NCBI GenBank assembly: GCA_003213495.1
Contig: QCMW01000001.1
Span: 710,104 to 774,103, forward strand
Direction of reading: 5' to 3'
From: SAR86 cluster bacterium AG-422-O05
GTDB lineage: Bacteria > Pseudomonadota > Gammaproteobacteria > Magnimaribacterales > D2472
DNA: 64,000 nt
The first letter of the stretch is position 1. Every line of letters begins with the position of its first letter. Under the pieces are notes generated by a model. The model had not been told where the DNA came from, did not search any database, and was given only the letters and a program-made list of their open reading frames with translations. The position numbers and the translations under genes were made by a program. Below are positions 18,985-29,196 of the stretch, piece by piece.

Positions 18985-20409
18985 ATGAGCAATGATTTAA
19001 ATTTTTATATTAATGGTGAATGGATTAAGTCAGAGTCAAATGAACTAATTGATGTTATCAATCCGGCAAATGAAGAGATAATCGGCCAAGTTACCGCAGG
19101 AACAAAAGATGATATTGATATGGCAGTTAGTGCTGCAAGCGAGGCTTTCAAATCATTCTCTAAAACCTTACAAAATGAAAGAATTAAACTATTAAAAAAT
19201 ATCATTAAGGAATATGAAAATAGGTATCAAGACTTTGTAGAAATCATTACAAAAGAAATGGGTGCGCCAAACTGGCTATCTGAAAGGGCTCAAGCAAATA
19301 CTGGACTAATCAACTTTAAAGAGACTTTAGAGGCGCTTGAAGAATATAAGTTTGAGAAACAAGAAGGTGGTTATACTTTAAGAAAAGAGCCAATTGGAGT
19401 TATTGGAATGATCACACCATGGAACTGGCCAATGAATCAAATTACTACCAAAGTATCTTCTGCAATTGCTACTGGTTGTACGATGATTTTAAAACCAAGT
19501 GAAATCTCTCCATTCTGCTCAATGTTGCTCGCTGAAGTAATGCATGACGCTGGTGTTCCAAAAGGAGTATTTAATCTAGTAAATGGTTACGGACCAATAG
19601 TTGGAGCAGCTTTATCTGAACATGAAAATGTAGATATGATGTCATTTACTGGCTCCACCAGAGCTGGCATTGCAGTAGCTAAAGCATCTGCAACAACAGT
19701 GAAAAGAGTTCAGCAAGAGCTTGGAGGTAAGTCTGCAAATATTATTCTAGATGATGTTGCTGATCTTGAAAAATCTGTTAAAGGTGGAGCTGGACACTGT
19801 TTTTTAAATTCTGGCCAGTCATGTAATGCTCCAACAAGAATGCTTGTATCTGCTAAAAATTATGACAAAGCTGTGGAAGTTGCTGTAGCAACTGCAAATA
19901 GTACCACAGTTGGCGATCCTAATGGCGAGTTTAGACTTGGTCCTATAGCAAACAAGGCTCAGTATGAAAAGATTATTAAAATGATCGAGATTGGTATCGA
20001 AGAAGGTGCTCGTCTTGTAGCTGGAGGTGTTGAAAAACCTGAAGGTTGCGACAAAGGATATTATGTAAAACCTACAGTGTTTGCTGACGTGACAAATGAT
20101 ATGACAATAGCAAAAGAAGAAATCTTTGGCCCAGTTTTATGCATCATGAAGTACGAAACTGAAGAGGAAGCTATTCAGATAGCTAATGATACAGAATATG
20201 GTCTTGCCGGTTATGTGCAAGGTGAATTATCTCATGCTATTGAGGTAGGAAATCAAATAAGGGCAGGCCAAATAACTATTAACGGGGGAGCAAGAGGAAA
20301 TGCTGCACCTTTTGGAGGCTACAAAGCTTCAGGAAACGGCAGAGAACACGGCTTGCATGGCATTGAGGAATGCTTAGAAACTAAGGCTATTATTGTTCCG
20401 GCTAGTTAA
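18985..20409 (+). CDS. NAD(P)-dependent aldehyde dehydrogenase
   Basis: Preferred start is the ATG at 18985 (GGAGA upstream); the track start at 18961 is a TTG. Motifs PWN(W/F)P, F(T)GS...G, ELGGKS and the catalytic-Cys region (N)(S)GQ.C.A..R, plus EE.FGPV. Confidence 0.88.
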   Translation: MSNDLNFYINGEWIKSESNELIDVINPANEEIIGQVTAGTKDDIDMAVSAASEAFKSFSKTLQNERIKLLKNIIKEYENRYQDFVEIITKEMGAPNWLSERAQANTGLINFKETLEALEEYKFEKQEGGYTLRKEPIGVIGMITPWNWPMNQITTKVSSAIATGCTMILKPSEISPFCSMLLAEVMHDAGVPKGVFNLVNGYGPIVGAALSEHENVDMMSFTGSTRAGIAVAKASATTVKRVQQELGGKSANIILDDVADLEKSVKGGAGHCFLNSGQSCNAPTRMLVSAKNYDKAVEVAVATANSTTVGDPNGEFRLGPIANKAQYEKIIKMIEIGIEEGARLVAGGVEKPEGCDKGYYVKPTVFADVTNDMTIAKEEIFGPVLCIMKYETEEEAIQIANDTEYGLAGYVQGELSHAIEVGNQIRAGQITINGGARGNAAPFGGYKASGNGREHGLHGIEECLETKAIIVPAS

Positions 20410-21215
20410 TCTAGAAGATCTGGCTGCATTTTCACAATTTTATCAAATGCTGGTTGATAACTTGCCCAAGCAGCTATATCGTTGGCAATAAACTCTCTAG
20501 TTTTAATAGCAGTTTCGTGTGGAATTACTACTGGTTCTCCGGCTGCTTCTGCCATGAGTTGAGCCTGGCAACATCTTTCCATTGACATATAAAACCATAA
20601 AGCAATATCAACGGATGGACCAGTAGTTAAAATTCCATGGTTCTGAAGTATAGCTACTTTTTTATCATCCAAGGCTTTTGCAATCTCATCACCTTCATCA
20701 ACCTCTTCAACAACTCCAGAAAAGTCTTTATATATGCCTTGATTTTCATAAAACGCACACGCATCTTGAGATATGGGATCTAAAAGCTTTCCTAGAGTAG
20801 AGAAAGTTCTTCCATAAATTGAATGTGAATGTGCTGCTGCATTTACATCAGGTCTTGCCTTATGCAATCTAGAGTGAATAGCAAAAGCTGCAACATTTAC
20901 ATCTTTATCACCTTGCACAACCTTTCCATCGTGATTAACTAGTAATAAATCAGAAACAGATATTTGAGAAAAGTGTACTCCTAAGGGATTTACCCAGAAA
21001 TGGTCTTTAAATTCAGGATCTCTATATGTTATATGACCAGCAACTCCTTCGTTAAAACCAAAGTAGTCAAATAACCTAAAGCCTGCAGCAAGTTTTTCTA
21101 ATTGATTACGTCTTTCTTCTGCTGGATTTGCAAATTCTTGAAAAACCAGGCCCTTTTCTTTAATTGGCAGACGTCCGTCTGTTGTATCTATTTTAATAGG
21201 GGTAACATTTGACAT
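20406..21215 (-). CDS. Class II aldolase/adducin family protein
   Basis: Preferred start is the ATG at 21215 (AGGAGA upstream). Has the His cluster (A.H.HS.YG) and NHG(I/V)LT.G typical of the family. Confidence 0.7.
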   Translation of the reverse strand: MSNVTPIKIDTTDGRLPIKEKGLVFQEFANPAEERRNQLEKLAAGFRLFDYFGFNEGVAGHITYRDPEFKDHFWVNPLGVHFSQISVSDLLLVNHDGKVVQGDKDVNVAAFAIHSRLHKARPDVNAAAHSHSIYGRTFSTLGKLLDPISQDACAFYENQGIYKDFSGVVEEVDEGDEIAKALDDKKVAILQNHGILTTGPSVDIALWFYMSMERCCQAQLMAEAAGEPVVIPHETAIKTREFIANDIAAWASYQPAFDKIVKMQPDLLD

Positions 21216-21274
21216 AGTATTTATTCTCCTAACCTCTTTAATGTTAAAATAGCTTATCAAAATATGGTGAAAAG

Positions 21275-22666
21275 ATGAAATTTAGAATTGAAAAAGATAG
21301 TCTTGGTAATGTCAAAGTACCTGCAAAAGCATTATGGGGTGCACAGACGCAAAGAGCAGTTGATAACTTTCCTATTAGCGGCATCAAAATGGATTTTCCA
21401 TTTACAAAATCTTTTGTCTCTTCATTAGGTCTTATAAAAGATGCAGCTGCAAAAGCTAATTTAAAGTTAAAATTAATTAGTTCAAAGAAATCAAAAGCTA
21501 TATCAAAAGCTGCAAAAGAAGTTTGGCAGGAAAAACATCATAATGAATTTCCTATAGATGTTTTTCAAACTGGATCTGGTACAAGTTCAAATATGAATGC
21601 AAACGAAGTTATTGCAAACTTAGCAACAAAATATTCCAAAGTAAAAATTAGTCCAAATGATGATGTAAATATGAGTCAAAGTAGCAATGATGTAATACCA
21701 ACTGCAATAAAAGTAAGCTCTCACATGGATTTAACAAAAAAACTTTACCCAGCTCTAGATGGATTAATAATAGCAATTGAAAATAAAGCTGAGACATTAA
21801 AAGGTACGATAAAAACAGGAAGAACACATTTAATGGATGCTATGCCCATAGATTTTTCTGCAGAATTGAATGCATGGTCAAGTCAATTAAGATCTTCTAA
21901 AGAAATGTTGAATATTCTTGAAAAGAAATTGCTTGAACTTCCTCAAGGCGGAACAGCGGTTGGAAGTGGAATTAATGCTCATAAACAGTTTTCAAAATGT
22001 TTTGCGCAAGAGATATCAAAGTTATCTCGAAGTAATTATAAATTTATTCCTAGTAAGAATTTTTATCATGAACTTAGTGCACAAGATTGTTCGGTACAAC
22101 TATCGGGTGAGCTGAAAAATCTTGCCTTAATTCTTATGAAAATATCTAATGATTTAAGATGGATGAACAGTGGCCCGCTTACCGGATTAGCTGAGATAGA
22201 ACTCAAAGCACTTCAACCAGGTAGCAGTATAATGCCAGGTAAAGTCAATCCAGTAATTCCCGAAGCAGTAGCAATGGCATCAGCAGATGTAATTGGTAAT
22301 GATGTATCTATAACTGTGGCATCACAATCAGGCAATTTTCAGTTGAATGTAATGTTACCTGTCATAGCCTATAATCTTCTTAAAAGTATTAATCTTTTAT
22401 CAGGAGCTATGAATGTTTTATCAAAAAAAGCTATAAGTAGTTTTAAGGTTAATCATGAAAATTTAGCAGTATCAATATCAAAGAATCCAATATTAGTAAC
22501 GGCCTTAAATCCAATAATTGGGTATGAGAAGGCTGCTTCAATTGCAAAGAAAGCATATAAAGAAAATAGGCCAATTATAGATGTTGCTGCTGAAGAGACT
22601 GATATACCAAAATCAAGACTTAGAAGATTGCTTGATCCTGCAAAGCTTTCTAAAGGCGGTACTTAA
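21275..22666 (+). CDS. fumC: Class II fumarate hydratase
   Basis: EKDS(L/M)G...VP...LWGAQTQR; FQTGSGT.SNMN.NEV; the signature GSS(I)MPGKVNP. The QTGSGT variant favours fumarase over aspartase. Confidence 0.85.
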   Translation: MKFRIEKDSLGNVKVPAKALWGAQTQRAVDNFPISGIKMDFPFTKSFVSSLGLIKDAAAKANLKLKLISSKKSKAISKAAKEVWQEKHHNEFPIDVFQTGSGTSSNMNANEVIANLATKYSKVKISPNDDVNMSQSSNDVIPTAIKVSSHMDLTKKLYPALDGLIIAIENKAETLKGTIKTGRTHLMDAMPIDFSAELNAWSSQLRSSKEMLNILEKKLLELPQGGTAVGSGINAHKQFSKCFAQEISKLSRSNYKFIPSKNFYHELSAQDCSVQLSGELKNLALILMKISNDLRWMNSGPLTGLAEIELKALQPGSSIMPGKVNPVIPEAVAMASADVIGNDVSITVASQSGNFQLNVMLPVIAYNLLKSINLLSGAMNVLSKKAISSFKVNHENLAVSISKNPILVTALNPIIGYEKAASIAKKAYKENRPIIDVAAEETDIPKSRLRRLLDPAKLSKGGT

Positions 22667-23017
22667 TTGAGTAGTCAGCTTTCAAAAGATAGTTGCGAAG
22701 CCTGCAGGCTAGATGCTCCTGTTTTGAGCGATAAGGAAATAAGTGATCTTTCTACTCAAATACCTTCATGGATAGTTTATGAAGAGGAGGGGGTTAAAAG
22801 ACTTGTATGTTCCTTTGCATTTTCAAGCTATAAAGATTCAGTAAATTTTACAAACAAAGTTGCTGAATTAGCTGAAACCGAAGATCATCATCCTGAGATA
22901 GTCCTAGAATGGGGAAATGTCACCGTGTCTTGGTGGTCGCATAAGATAAAAGGACTTCATAAAAATGATTTTATTTGTGCATCAAAAACTGATGATCTTT
23001 TTCAAGAATCTAACTAA
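22667..23017 (+). CDS. phhB: Pterin-4-alpha-carbinolamine dehydratase
   Basis: CEACR.DAP.LSD.E...L...IP.W; (E)DHHPE....WG.VTV.WW(S)H.IKGLH.NDF matches PCD/DCoH. The TTG start abuts the fumC stop. Confidence 0.85.
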   Translation: MSSQLSKDSCEACRLDAPVLSDKEISDLSTQIPSWIVYEEEGVKRLVCSFAFSSYKDSVNFTNKVAELAETEDHHPEIVLEWGNVTVSWWSHKIKGLHKNDFICASKTDDLFQESN

Positions 23018-23031
23018 ACATAATCATAAAA

Positions 23032-23259
23032 ATGGAGCAAAACGAAAAGCCGTATCAATTTTTAGCATGGACTGCTACTGCAATCTTAATTCTTGCTGCA
23101 ATTCTTGCTAGCTTCGTTCCAGCCCTAGAATATCATCATTGGGCATTTATACTTGCCAATTCATTGTGGGTAATCGTTGGATTTCTTTGGAGAGAGATGA
23201 CTTTGATTGTTTTAAATGCGGGCTTAACGATAATTTATATTTTTGGATTAATTTTATAA
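23032..23259 (+). CDS. Small hydrophobic membrane protein of unknown function (about 3 TM)
   Basis: 75 aa with three hydrophobic stretches and no recognisable motif. The coding call rests on ORF length and spacing only. Confidence 0.4.
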   Translation: MEQNEKPYQFLAWTATAILILAAILASFVPALEYHHWAFILANSLWVIVGFLWREMTLIVLNAGLTIIYIFGLIL

Positions 23260-24552
23260 AAATATAAATTTTGAAATAAAAATTAATGTTAAAAACCAGG
23301 CAGCTGAAGATATATTTTTTAATTCACCATTCGTTATTTTTAACACAACATAAGAAAGGAACCCTAATGCAATCCCATCTGCAATAGAAAATGTCAACGG
23401 GATCATTATCAAGATTATTAGTGCAGGCAAAAGCTCTGTAACTGTATTCCAATTAAGTTTTTCTATTCCTCCTAACATCAAAATAGCAACGTATATCAAA
23501 GCTCCAGCAGTTGCATAAGCAGGAATGATTGATGCTAATGGAGATAAAAACATTGATAGAATAAATAAGAATCCAACAATAACTGCTGTAAGACCGGTTC
23601 TACCACCCGCTTCAACACCGGCTGAACTTTCAACATAGCTTGTTACAGGAGAACATCCAAAAAATGTACCAAATATACTCGCTCCACTATCAGCCTTTAG
23701 TGCTTTATCAAGATTTTCTGCCTCTCCATTTTCATCTAGGAGGTTGGCCCTTGTAGCCACTCCAACTAATGTTCCAGTAGTATCAAAAAGGTTTACAAAT
23801 AGAAAAGACATAATCACTGTTAACATGCCAATATTAAGAGCACCTAAAATATCTAGTTTCAAGAGTGTAGGTGTAATGCTTGGTGGAGATGAAATTACGC
23901 CATTAAATTTAATAAGATCTGCTGCTACTGCAATCATGGTTATTATTAATATACCTATGATTATTGCGCCTGGAATTTTTCTTATAGATAAAGCGGCGAT
24001 TATAAGAAATCCTAAAGCAGCAAGCAGTGTCTCAATTTTTGAGAAATCTCCTAGAGCTAATAATGTTGCATCATTGGTAATTATAATGCCTCCACTTTTT
24101 AATCCTATAATCCCAATAAATAAACCGACTCCAGCTCCCATAGCTATTCTTAAATTCATAGGTATGCTTGAAATCATCCAACTTCTTAGATTTGTAACAC
24201 TTATTATAAAAAATAAAATACCTGCAATAAAAACCGCACCTAAAGCAATTTCCCAAGAGTAACCCATTTCACCAACAACTGTATAAGTAAAAAAAGCATT
24301 CAATCCCATTCCTGGTGCAAGTCCAATTGGCCAATTTGCAAAAATTCCCATTACCAAACACGCGATAGCTGCTGCTAAACATGTACCAACAAAAATAGCA
24401 CCTTTATCCATTCCACTTGCTTCCATTATTTGAGGATTCACAAAAATAATATAAGCCATAGTTAAAAAAGTAGTGAAACCAGCAATAATTTCTGACTTTA
24501 CATCAGTATTATTTAACTTGAGCTTAAAAAAATTATTTAAGAAATTTGTCAT
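23254..24552 (-). CDS. NCS2/AzgA-family purine (adenine/guanine/hypoxanthine) permease
   Basis: 432 aa, polytopic. The N-terminus ...F.L......(V/T)..E..AG.TTF.TM(A)YI(I)FVNP.I(M/L) is typical of AzgA/PbuG/GhxP-type permeases. Confidence 0.8.
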   Translation of the reverse strand: MTNFLNNFFKLKLNNTDVKSEIIAGFTTFLTMAYIIFVNPQIMEASGMDKGAIFVGTCLAAAIACLVMGIFANWPIGLAPGMGLNAFFTYTVVGEMGYSWEIALGAVFIAGILFFIISVTNLRSWMISSIPMNLRIAMGAGVGLFIGIIGLKSGGIIITNDATLLALGDFSKIETLLAALGFLIIAALSIRKIPGAIIIGILIITMIAVAADLIKFNGVISSPPSITPTLLKLDILGALNIGMLTVIMSFLFVNLFDTTGTLVGVATRANLLDENGEAENLDKALKADSGASIFGTFFGCSPVTSYVESSAGVEAGGRTGLTAVIVGFLFILSMFLSPLASIIPAYATAGALIYVAILMLGGIEKLNWNTVTELLPALIILIMIPLTFSIADGIALGFLSYVVLKITNGELKNISSAAWFLTLIFISKFIFL

Positions 24553-24710
24553 GCAAATAAGTATATTCTAAATGACACAGATGATGTTGAAAGTGTTAAT
24601 ATTAATCTTAAAATTATTGCTTGCGCATTATTCTTATATTTTAATTTTTTTGGCATAAGAGTTGCATGCATATATATATAAAATACATCTTAAAAGAGGA
24701 TACATTTACT

Positions 24711-27035
24711 ATGAAATTTATTACGTTATTTAGGACGATTATAGCTTCATCATTTATTTTAATTTTTACAAATCATATTCAGTCACAAGATGGCGAACCT
24801 GTATTTGAGGAAGTTATTGTTACTGCTGAAAAAAGAGATGAAAGTCTTCAGTCTGTTTCACAAGCTGTTACTGCAATCACTGACTCTGAAATCTCAGCAA
24901 AAAATATAACCTCATTCATTGATTTATCAACTATTGTGCCGGGAGTGACTGTTGCTAAAAATGAAGGTTACAAAACCATAATATCAATAAGGGGTGTTGG
25001 TAACGAAACAAATCAAAATGCTATTGCAGCTCCTTCGGTTGCCTATCATATGGATGGTATTTTTATTGCTTCTCCATTTTCACTGCAAACTGATTTTATT
25101 GATGTACAAAGAATTGAGGTTCTAAGAGGCCCTCAAGGAACATTATTTGGACAAAACTCCACAGGTGGCGCAATAAATGTAATTAGTAATAAGCCAACTA
25201 CTGAGGAACTGTTTACTAAAGCAGATATTACTTACGGTGATTATGGTATGAAGCAACTTAGATCTTCAAGCAATATTCCAATTTCTGACAACGTAAGTAC
25301 AAAATTGTCTCTTTCTGCAATGACAAGAGAAGGTTTTACTGAAAATCTTGCTACCGGACAAGATCTCGATGATGCACATAACTTAAGTTTTAGAACAGAT
25401 TGGATGGTAGATATTAACGATACAACCAGTTTAAGAATATTTGGTCAATACTCTAGTGTTGATAGAAATGGCGCAGCTATAAGAGGAATTGACGATCCAT
25501 CACCAGGAATGCGTAAATTATCTCAGAATACTATTTCTAAACAAGAACTAACATCATCAGTTGTTGCAATGATTTTTGAAACAGATCTCGGCTATGCTAG
25601 CTTAAAAATATTAGCCAGTTCTCAGGAGGACGACATTTCAGTCACAAGAGATAATGATCGTCATAACTTTGGCGATCCAGTACTTTCCATACCTGGTTTA
25701 GGTGCAGGTGCAACCTACCAACAAGCAGAATTTCGTCCAGAAACATCTCTTGTTGAAACAACGACATTTGAAGTAAACCTTATATCTAATGAACCTGCAA
25801 TGGATGGTAAGCTTGATTGGACTGTTGGCGCATTTTATATGGACCATGAAATAGAAAATGTGATAAGAGGTTATAGAGATGATGACCTAGATGGAGTTTT
25901 TAAATATGTTTGTGATGCATCTTTTGCAGATCCAAGCTATTGTTATGATCATGATTATGGTATTCCAGGAAGATTTGATATTTATGGTCCAGCAGCTGAT
26001 GTAGACTTTTTCACAGATGCTTTTCCATATAGAGAATCTTTGTCTGTTTATGCTCAAACAACTTATAGTTTTAGCGATATTTTTAGACTTGTATCTGGAT
26101 TAAGATATTCTGAAGACACTTTTGGAACGGACGTAACAAACTTTCTTAATACGGAAACTTTTGTAGCTGAAGGCACTACAGATGAAGTTACTACAAGGGT
26201 TACAGGTGAATACGATCTTTCAGATAACACAATGGTGTATTTAACATTAGCTAGCGGCTTCAAGCCAGGTGGAAGTAATTTAACATTTGGTTTTGACAAT
26301 GATAATGCTCCTCCAATGGTTTTCCCTACCTTTGAGGCAGAAACAGTTGATTCAACAGAAATGGGTATCAAGACTGACTTATTTAATGGAAAGGCTAGGG
26401 CAAATATTGCTGCTTTTTCCTATGACTATGAAAATCTTCAATTTCAAGCAACAGATCCTGATCCTTACAGAGGAGGTGTAGCTAATATTCCTGACTCAGA
26501 AATGTCAGGTGTTGAAATTGAATTTACTGCTTTAGCTTCTGATTCATTTACTTTTGATATGAACTTAGCTTTCCTAAATTCTGAAGTTTCATCTGATTAT
26601 TTTGTTCTCGATAATGTCGATGCTTATCAATATTTCTTTGGAGAGGAAGACTTAAGATATGGTTTAAGAGAGAATGTTAAGGGTAATCAACTTGCTAAAA
26701 CACCAGAATTTACAGCTGATGTTAGTTTAATGTATGAAACTGATCTTCCATCAGGTAACTACCTTACAGCTATGTTGCAATATGTAAAAAGAGGTAAGTT
26801 TATGCAACGTGTAAGCAACAACCCAGTTGTTGATTCAATACCGGCTTACGACATTGTGAATCTTAATATCGGTATAGATTTTAATAACAATATAGGTTTA
26901 AACGTGATGTTATTAAATGTGACTGATGAAGATGGAATCAACTCAAGCATGACTGATGTATTTGGAGTTGCATCTACAGGGTTGGAATTAATTCCACCAA
27001 GACAATTTATGACAAGAATTAGTTACAATTTCTGA
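24711..27035 (+). CDS. TonB-dependent outer-membrane receptor
   Basis: Preferred start is the ATG at 24711 (AAGAGGA upstream). Signal peptide. Plug motifs (EEVIVTA.KR.ESLQ.V; RIEVLRGPQGTLFG.N.TGG.INV). Long beta-barrel ending in an aromatic ...SYNF. Confidence 0.88.
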   Translation: MKFITLFRTIIASSFILIFTNHIQSQDGEPVFEEVIVTAEKRDESLQSVSQAVTAITDSEISAKNITSFIDLSTIVPGVTVAKNEGYKTIISIRGVGNETNQNAIAAPSVAYHMDGIFIASPFSLQTDFIDVQRIEVLRGPQGTLFGQNSTGGAINVISNKPTTEELFTKADITYGDYGMKQLRSSSNIPISDNVSTKLSLSAMTREGFTENLATGQDLDDAHNLSFRTDWMVDINDTTSLRIFGQYSSVDRNGAAIRGIDDPSPGMRKLSQNTISKQELTSSVVAMIFETDLGYASLKILASSQEDDISVTRDNDRHNFGDPVLSIPGLGAGATYQQAEFRPETSLVETTTFEVNLISNEPAMDGKLDWTVGAFYMDHEIENVIRGYRDDDLDGVFKYVCDASFADPSYCYDHDYGIPGRFDIYGPAADVDFFTDAFPYRESLSVYAQTTYSFSDIFRLVSGLRYSEDTFGTDVTNFLNTETFVAEGTTDEVTTRVTGEYDLSDNTMVYLTLASGFKPGGSNLTFGFDNDNAPPMVFPTFEAETVDSTEMGIKTDLFNGKARANIAAFSYDYENLQFQATDPDPYRGGVANIPDSEMSGVEIEFTALASDSFTFDMNLAFLNSEVSSDYFVLDNVDAYQYFFGEEDLRYGLRENVKGNQLAKTPEFTADVSLMYETDLPSGNYLTAMLQYVKRGKFMQRVSNNPVVDSIPAYDIVNLNIGIDFNNNIGLNVMLLNVTDEDGINSSMTDVFGVASTGLELIPPRQFMTRISYNF

Positions 27036-27065
27036 TTTCTCTTTTTCTTACAGTTATAATTTATA

Positions 27066-27090
27066 TTTAGGGCCTTTTAAAGGCCCTAAA
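27066..27090 (+). terminator. Stem-loop downstream of the TonB-dependent receptor (possible terminator or RNA-stabilising hairpin)
   Basis: TTTAGGGCC-ttttaaa-GGCCCTAAA: perfect 9-bp stem. No clear T-tract follows, so terminator function is uncertain. Confidence 0.45.
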
Positions 27091-27098
27091 CTTAAGTA

Positions 27099-27662
27099 AT
27101 GGATAAGTTATATATCAAATCAGAAGACTTATTGAGAGATTCATTCACTCTAGCTTGGAATGTCTTTGAAAGCGGTTTTGCCCCAAACTATATCATCGGC
27201 GTTTGGAGAGGTGGGGCACCAATTGGCATCGCAGTTCAGGAGTTCCTAAGTGTGCTAGGCATAAAATCTGATCACATTGCAATAAGAACTTCATATTATT
27301 CTGGTATTGATGAGAGAAAAGATATAGTTCAGGTATATGGCTTAAACTACGTTATAAGGCAGCTTGAATCTGAAGATAGACTATTAATTGTTGACGATGT
27401 TCATGATACTGGTAACTCAATAAATCAAATCATAAATGATATAAAGGCTGCTTGTAAGAAAAATACTCCTGAAATAAAAATAGCTACTCCTTTTTATAAG
27501 CCTGAAAATAATAATACCAATAATAAACCTGATTATTATCTTCATGAAACTAACAAGTGGCTTGTATTTCCACACGAATTGGAAGGCCTATCGATTGAAG
27601 AAATTAAAGACAATAAACCAGAGCTTGAAGAATTAATTTCAAAGATAAAAGATAAAATTTAA
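27099..27662 (+). CDS. Purine phosphoribosyltransferase (Gpt/Hpt-like)
   Basis: PRPP-binding motif LLIVDDV.DTG.S; the N-terminal (G)V.RGG..(I/P)G; the C-terminal W(L)VFP(H/W)E as in XGPRT-type enzymes. Located immediately upstream of guaB. Confidence 0.7.
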   Translation: MDKLYIKSEDLLRDSFTLAWNVFESGFAPNYIIGVWRGGAPIGIAVQEFLSVLGIKSDHIAIRTSYYSGIDERKDIVQVYGLNYVIRQLESEDRLLIVDDVHDTGNSINQIINDIKAACKKNTPEIKIATPFYKPENNNTNNKPDYYLHETNKWLVFPHELEGLSIEEIKDNKPELEELISKIKDKI

Positions 27663-27725
27663 TTTTTGTTTGGAGTCAGATTTGCACAAGCTTTTTTTTC
27701 TTTTTATGTTTGGTTATAATCTGAC

Positions 27726-29189
27726 ATGGAAAAATTAAAACATAAAGCGTTAACGTTCGATGACGTCTTACTCTTACCAAGATATAGCGACTTTCTTCCT
27801 AGTGAAGCTAGTATAGAGTCACATCTAACAAAAAGTATTTCTTTAAAAATGCCATTGCTATCTGCAGCAATGGATACTGTAACTGAGTCTAGGATGGCAA
27901 TCTCCTTAGCAGAAGCTGGAGGAATTGGCATTATTCATAAAAATAATTCTATAGACAGCCAAGCTGCTGAAGTGCGAGCGGTAAAAAAATATGAGAGCGG
28001 AATTGTAAGAGATCCTGTAACTATAAATTCTCAAAAGACAATTGGAGAATTAAGGCAGCTAACAAGTGAGTTGAGCATTTCAGGAATGCCTGTTGTAGAT
28101 GATGGAAATCTTCGAGGAATAGTAACAGGCAGAGATTTTAGATATGCAGAAAATATGGAAGCTAAAGTAGCCACAATTATGACGCCTTTATCAAAGCTGG
28201 TAACTGTTAAAGAGGGCTTTTCTCAGGAAGATGTGATGAAATTAATGTACAAGAATAGAATAGAAAAAGTATTAGTTATTGGAGAGGATGATGTTCTTAC
28301 AGGACTGGTGACTATGAAAGATATTGAGAAATCTGCTCAACACCCAGATGCAACCAAAGACACATCCGGAAGACTGCAAGTTGGAGCTGCTCTTGGTACT
28401 GGTGCGGATACACTAGATAGAGCTCAGGCCTTGTATGAGTCTGGTGTTGATGTATATGTAATAGACAGCGCTCATGCTCACTCTAAAAATGTTATTGATA
28501 CTATCAAGAAAATAAAATCTACTTTTAAAGATATTGATGTTATTGGAGGTAATATTGCAACCTCAGAAGCAGCATTAGAGCTCGTAAAAGCAGGTGCGGA
28601 TGCAGTTAAAGTTGGTATGGGGCCTGGCTCAATTTGTACAACCAGAATTATTGCAGGAATAGGAGTGCCGCAAATAAGCGCAATTTTAGATATCAAAAAT
28701 GCTTTGAAAAAAACAGATATTAATATCATTGCAGATGGAGGTATTAGATTCTCAGGCGATATCGCTAAAGCAATTGCAGCTGGAGCAGACTCAGTAATGC
28801 TTGGGAGTCTATTTGCTGGCACAGAAGAAGCGCCAGGAAAGGTTGAGCTTTTTCAAGGAAGAAGTTTTAAGACTTATCGAGGTATGGGTTCATTAGGGGC
28901 AATGACTGAAAGAGATGATGCTAATAGATACATGCAAGATGATATTGATCAGAGTAAACTCGTTCCAGAAGGTATTGAGGGAAGAGTCCCTTATAAAGGT
29001 TTAGTAATTAATGTTATAAATCAATTGGAAGGCGGGTTAAGACAAAGCATGGGTTATGTAGGATGTAAATCAATCAAGGAAATGCAAAATAATAGTCAAT
29101 TTGTTGAAATTACAAATGCGGGGATGACTGAAAGCCATGTTCATGACGTCATGATCACAAAAGAGGCTCCAAATTACCAAAGAAGTTAA
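27726..29189 (+). CDS. guaB: IMP dehydrogenase
   Basis: Collinear with E. coli GuaB from residue 1 ([10 protein letters not shown]; [13 protein letters not shown]; GGIG.IHKN). Has a CBS pair and the catalytic loop [11 protein letters not shown] equivalent ([12 protein letters not shown]). Confidence 0.95.
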   Translation: MEKLKHKALTFDDVLLLPRYSDFLPSEASIESHLTKSISLKMPLLSAAMDTVTESRMAISLAEAGGIGIIHKNNSIDSQAAEVRAVKKYESGIVRDPVTINSQKTIGELRQLTSELSISGMPVVDDGNLRGIVTGRDFRYAENMEAKVATIMTPLSKLVTVKEGFSQEDVMKLMYKNRIEKVLVIGEDDVLTGLVTMKDIEKSAQHPDATKDTSGRLQVGAALGTGADTLDRAQALYESGVDVYVIDSAHAHSKNVIDTIKKIKSTFKDIDVIGGNIATSEAALELVKAGADAVKVGMGPGSICTTRIIAGIGVPQISAILDIKNALKKTDINIIADGGIRFSGDIAKAIAAGADSVMLGSLFAGTEEAPGKVELFQGRSFKTYRGMGSLGAMTERDDANRYMQDDIDQSKLVPEGIEGRVPYKGLVINVINQLEGGLRQSMGYVGCKSIKEMQNNSQFVEITNAGMTESHVHDVMITKEAPNYQRS

Positions 29190-29196
29190 CTTTAAA

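Noticed and set aside
24553-24710. A possible purine riboswitch or Fur box in the divergent region between the purine permease and the TonB-dependent receptor.
   Set aside because: On either strand I could not find the conserved purine-riboswitch elements (the UAUAAU…GGAUAUGG…GUUUCUACC…CCGUAAA-type core) or TPP/cobalamin cores. The AT-rich stretch AATATTAATCTTAAAATTATT only loosely resembles a Fur box, which is not distinguishable from background in AT-rich DNA.
27682-27728. A leaderless guaB. A TATAAT at 27715-27720 lies only 5 nt before the ATG, and no Shine-Dalgarno sequence is visible.
   Set aside because: No acceptable -35 hexamer lies at 16-18 nt spacing (TTGCAC is 27 nt away) and the extended -10 is imperfect. 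guaB may simply be co-transcribed with the upstream PRTase gene. This cannot be decided from sequence alone.
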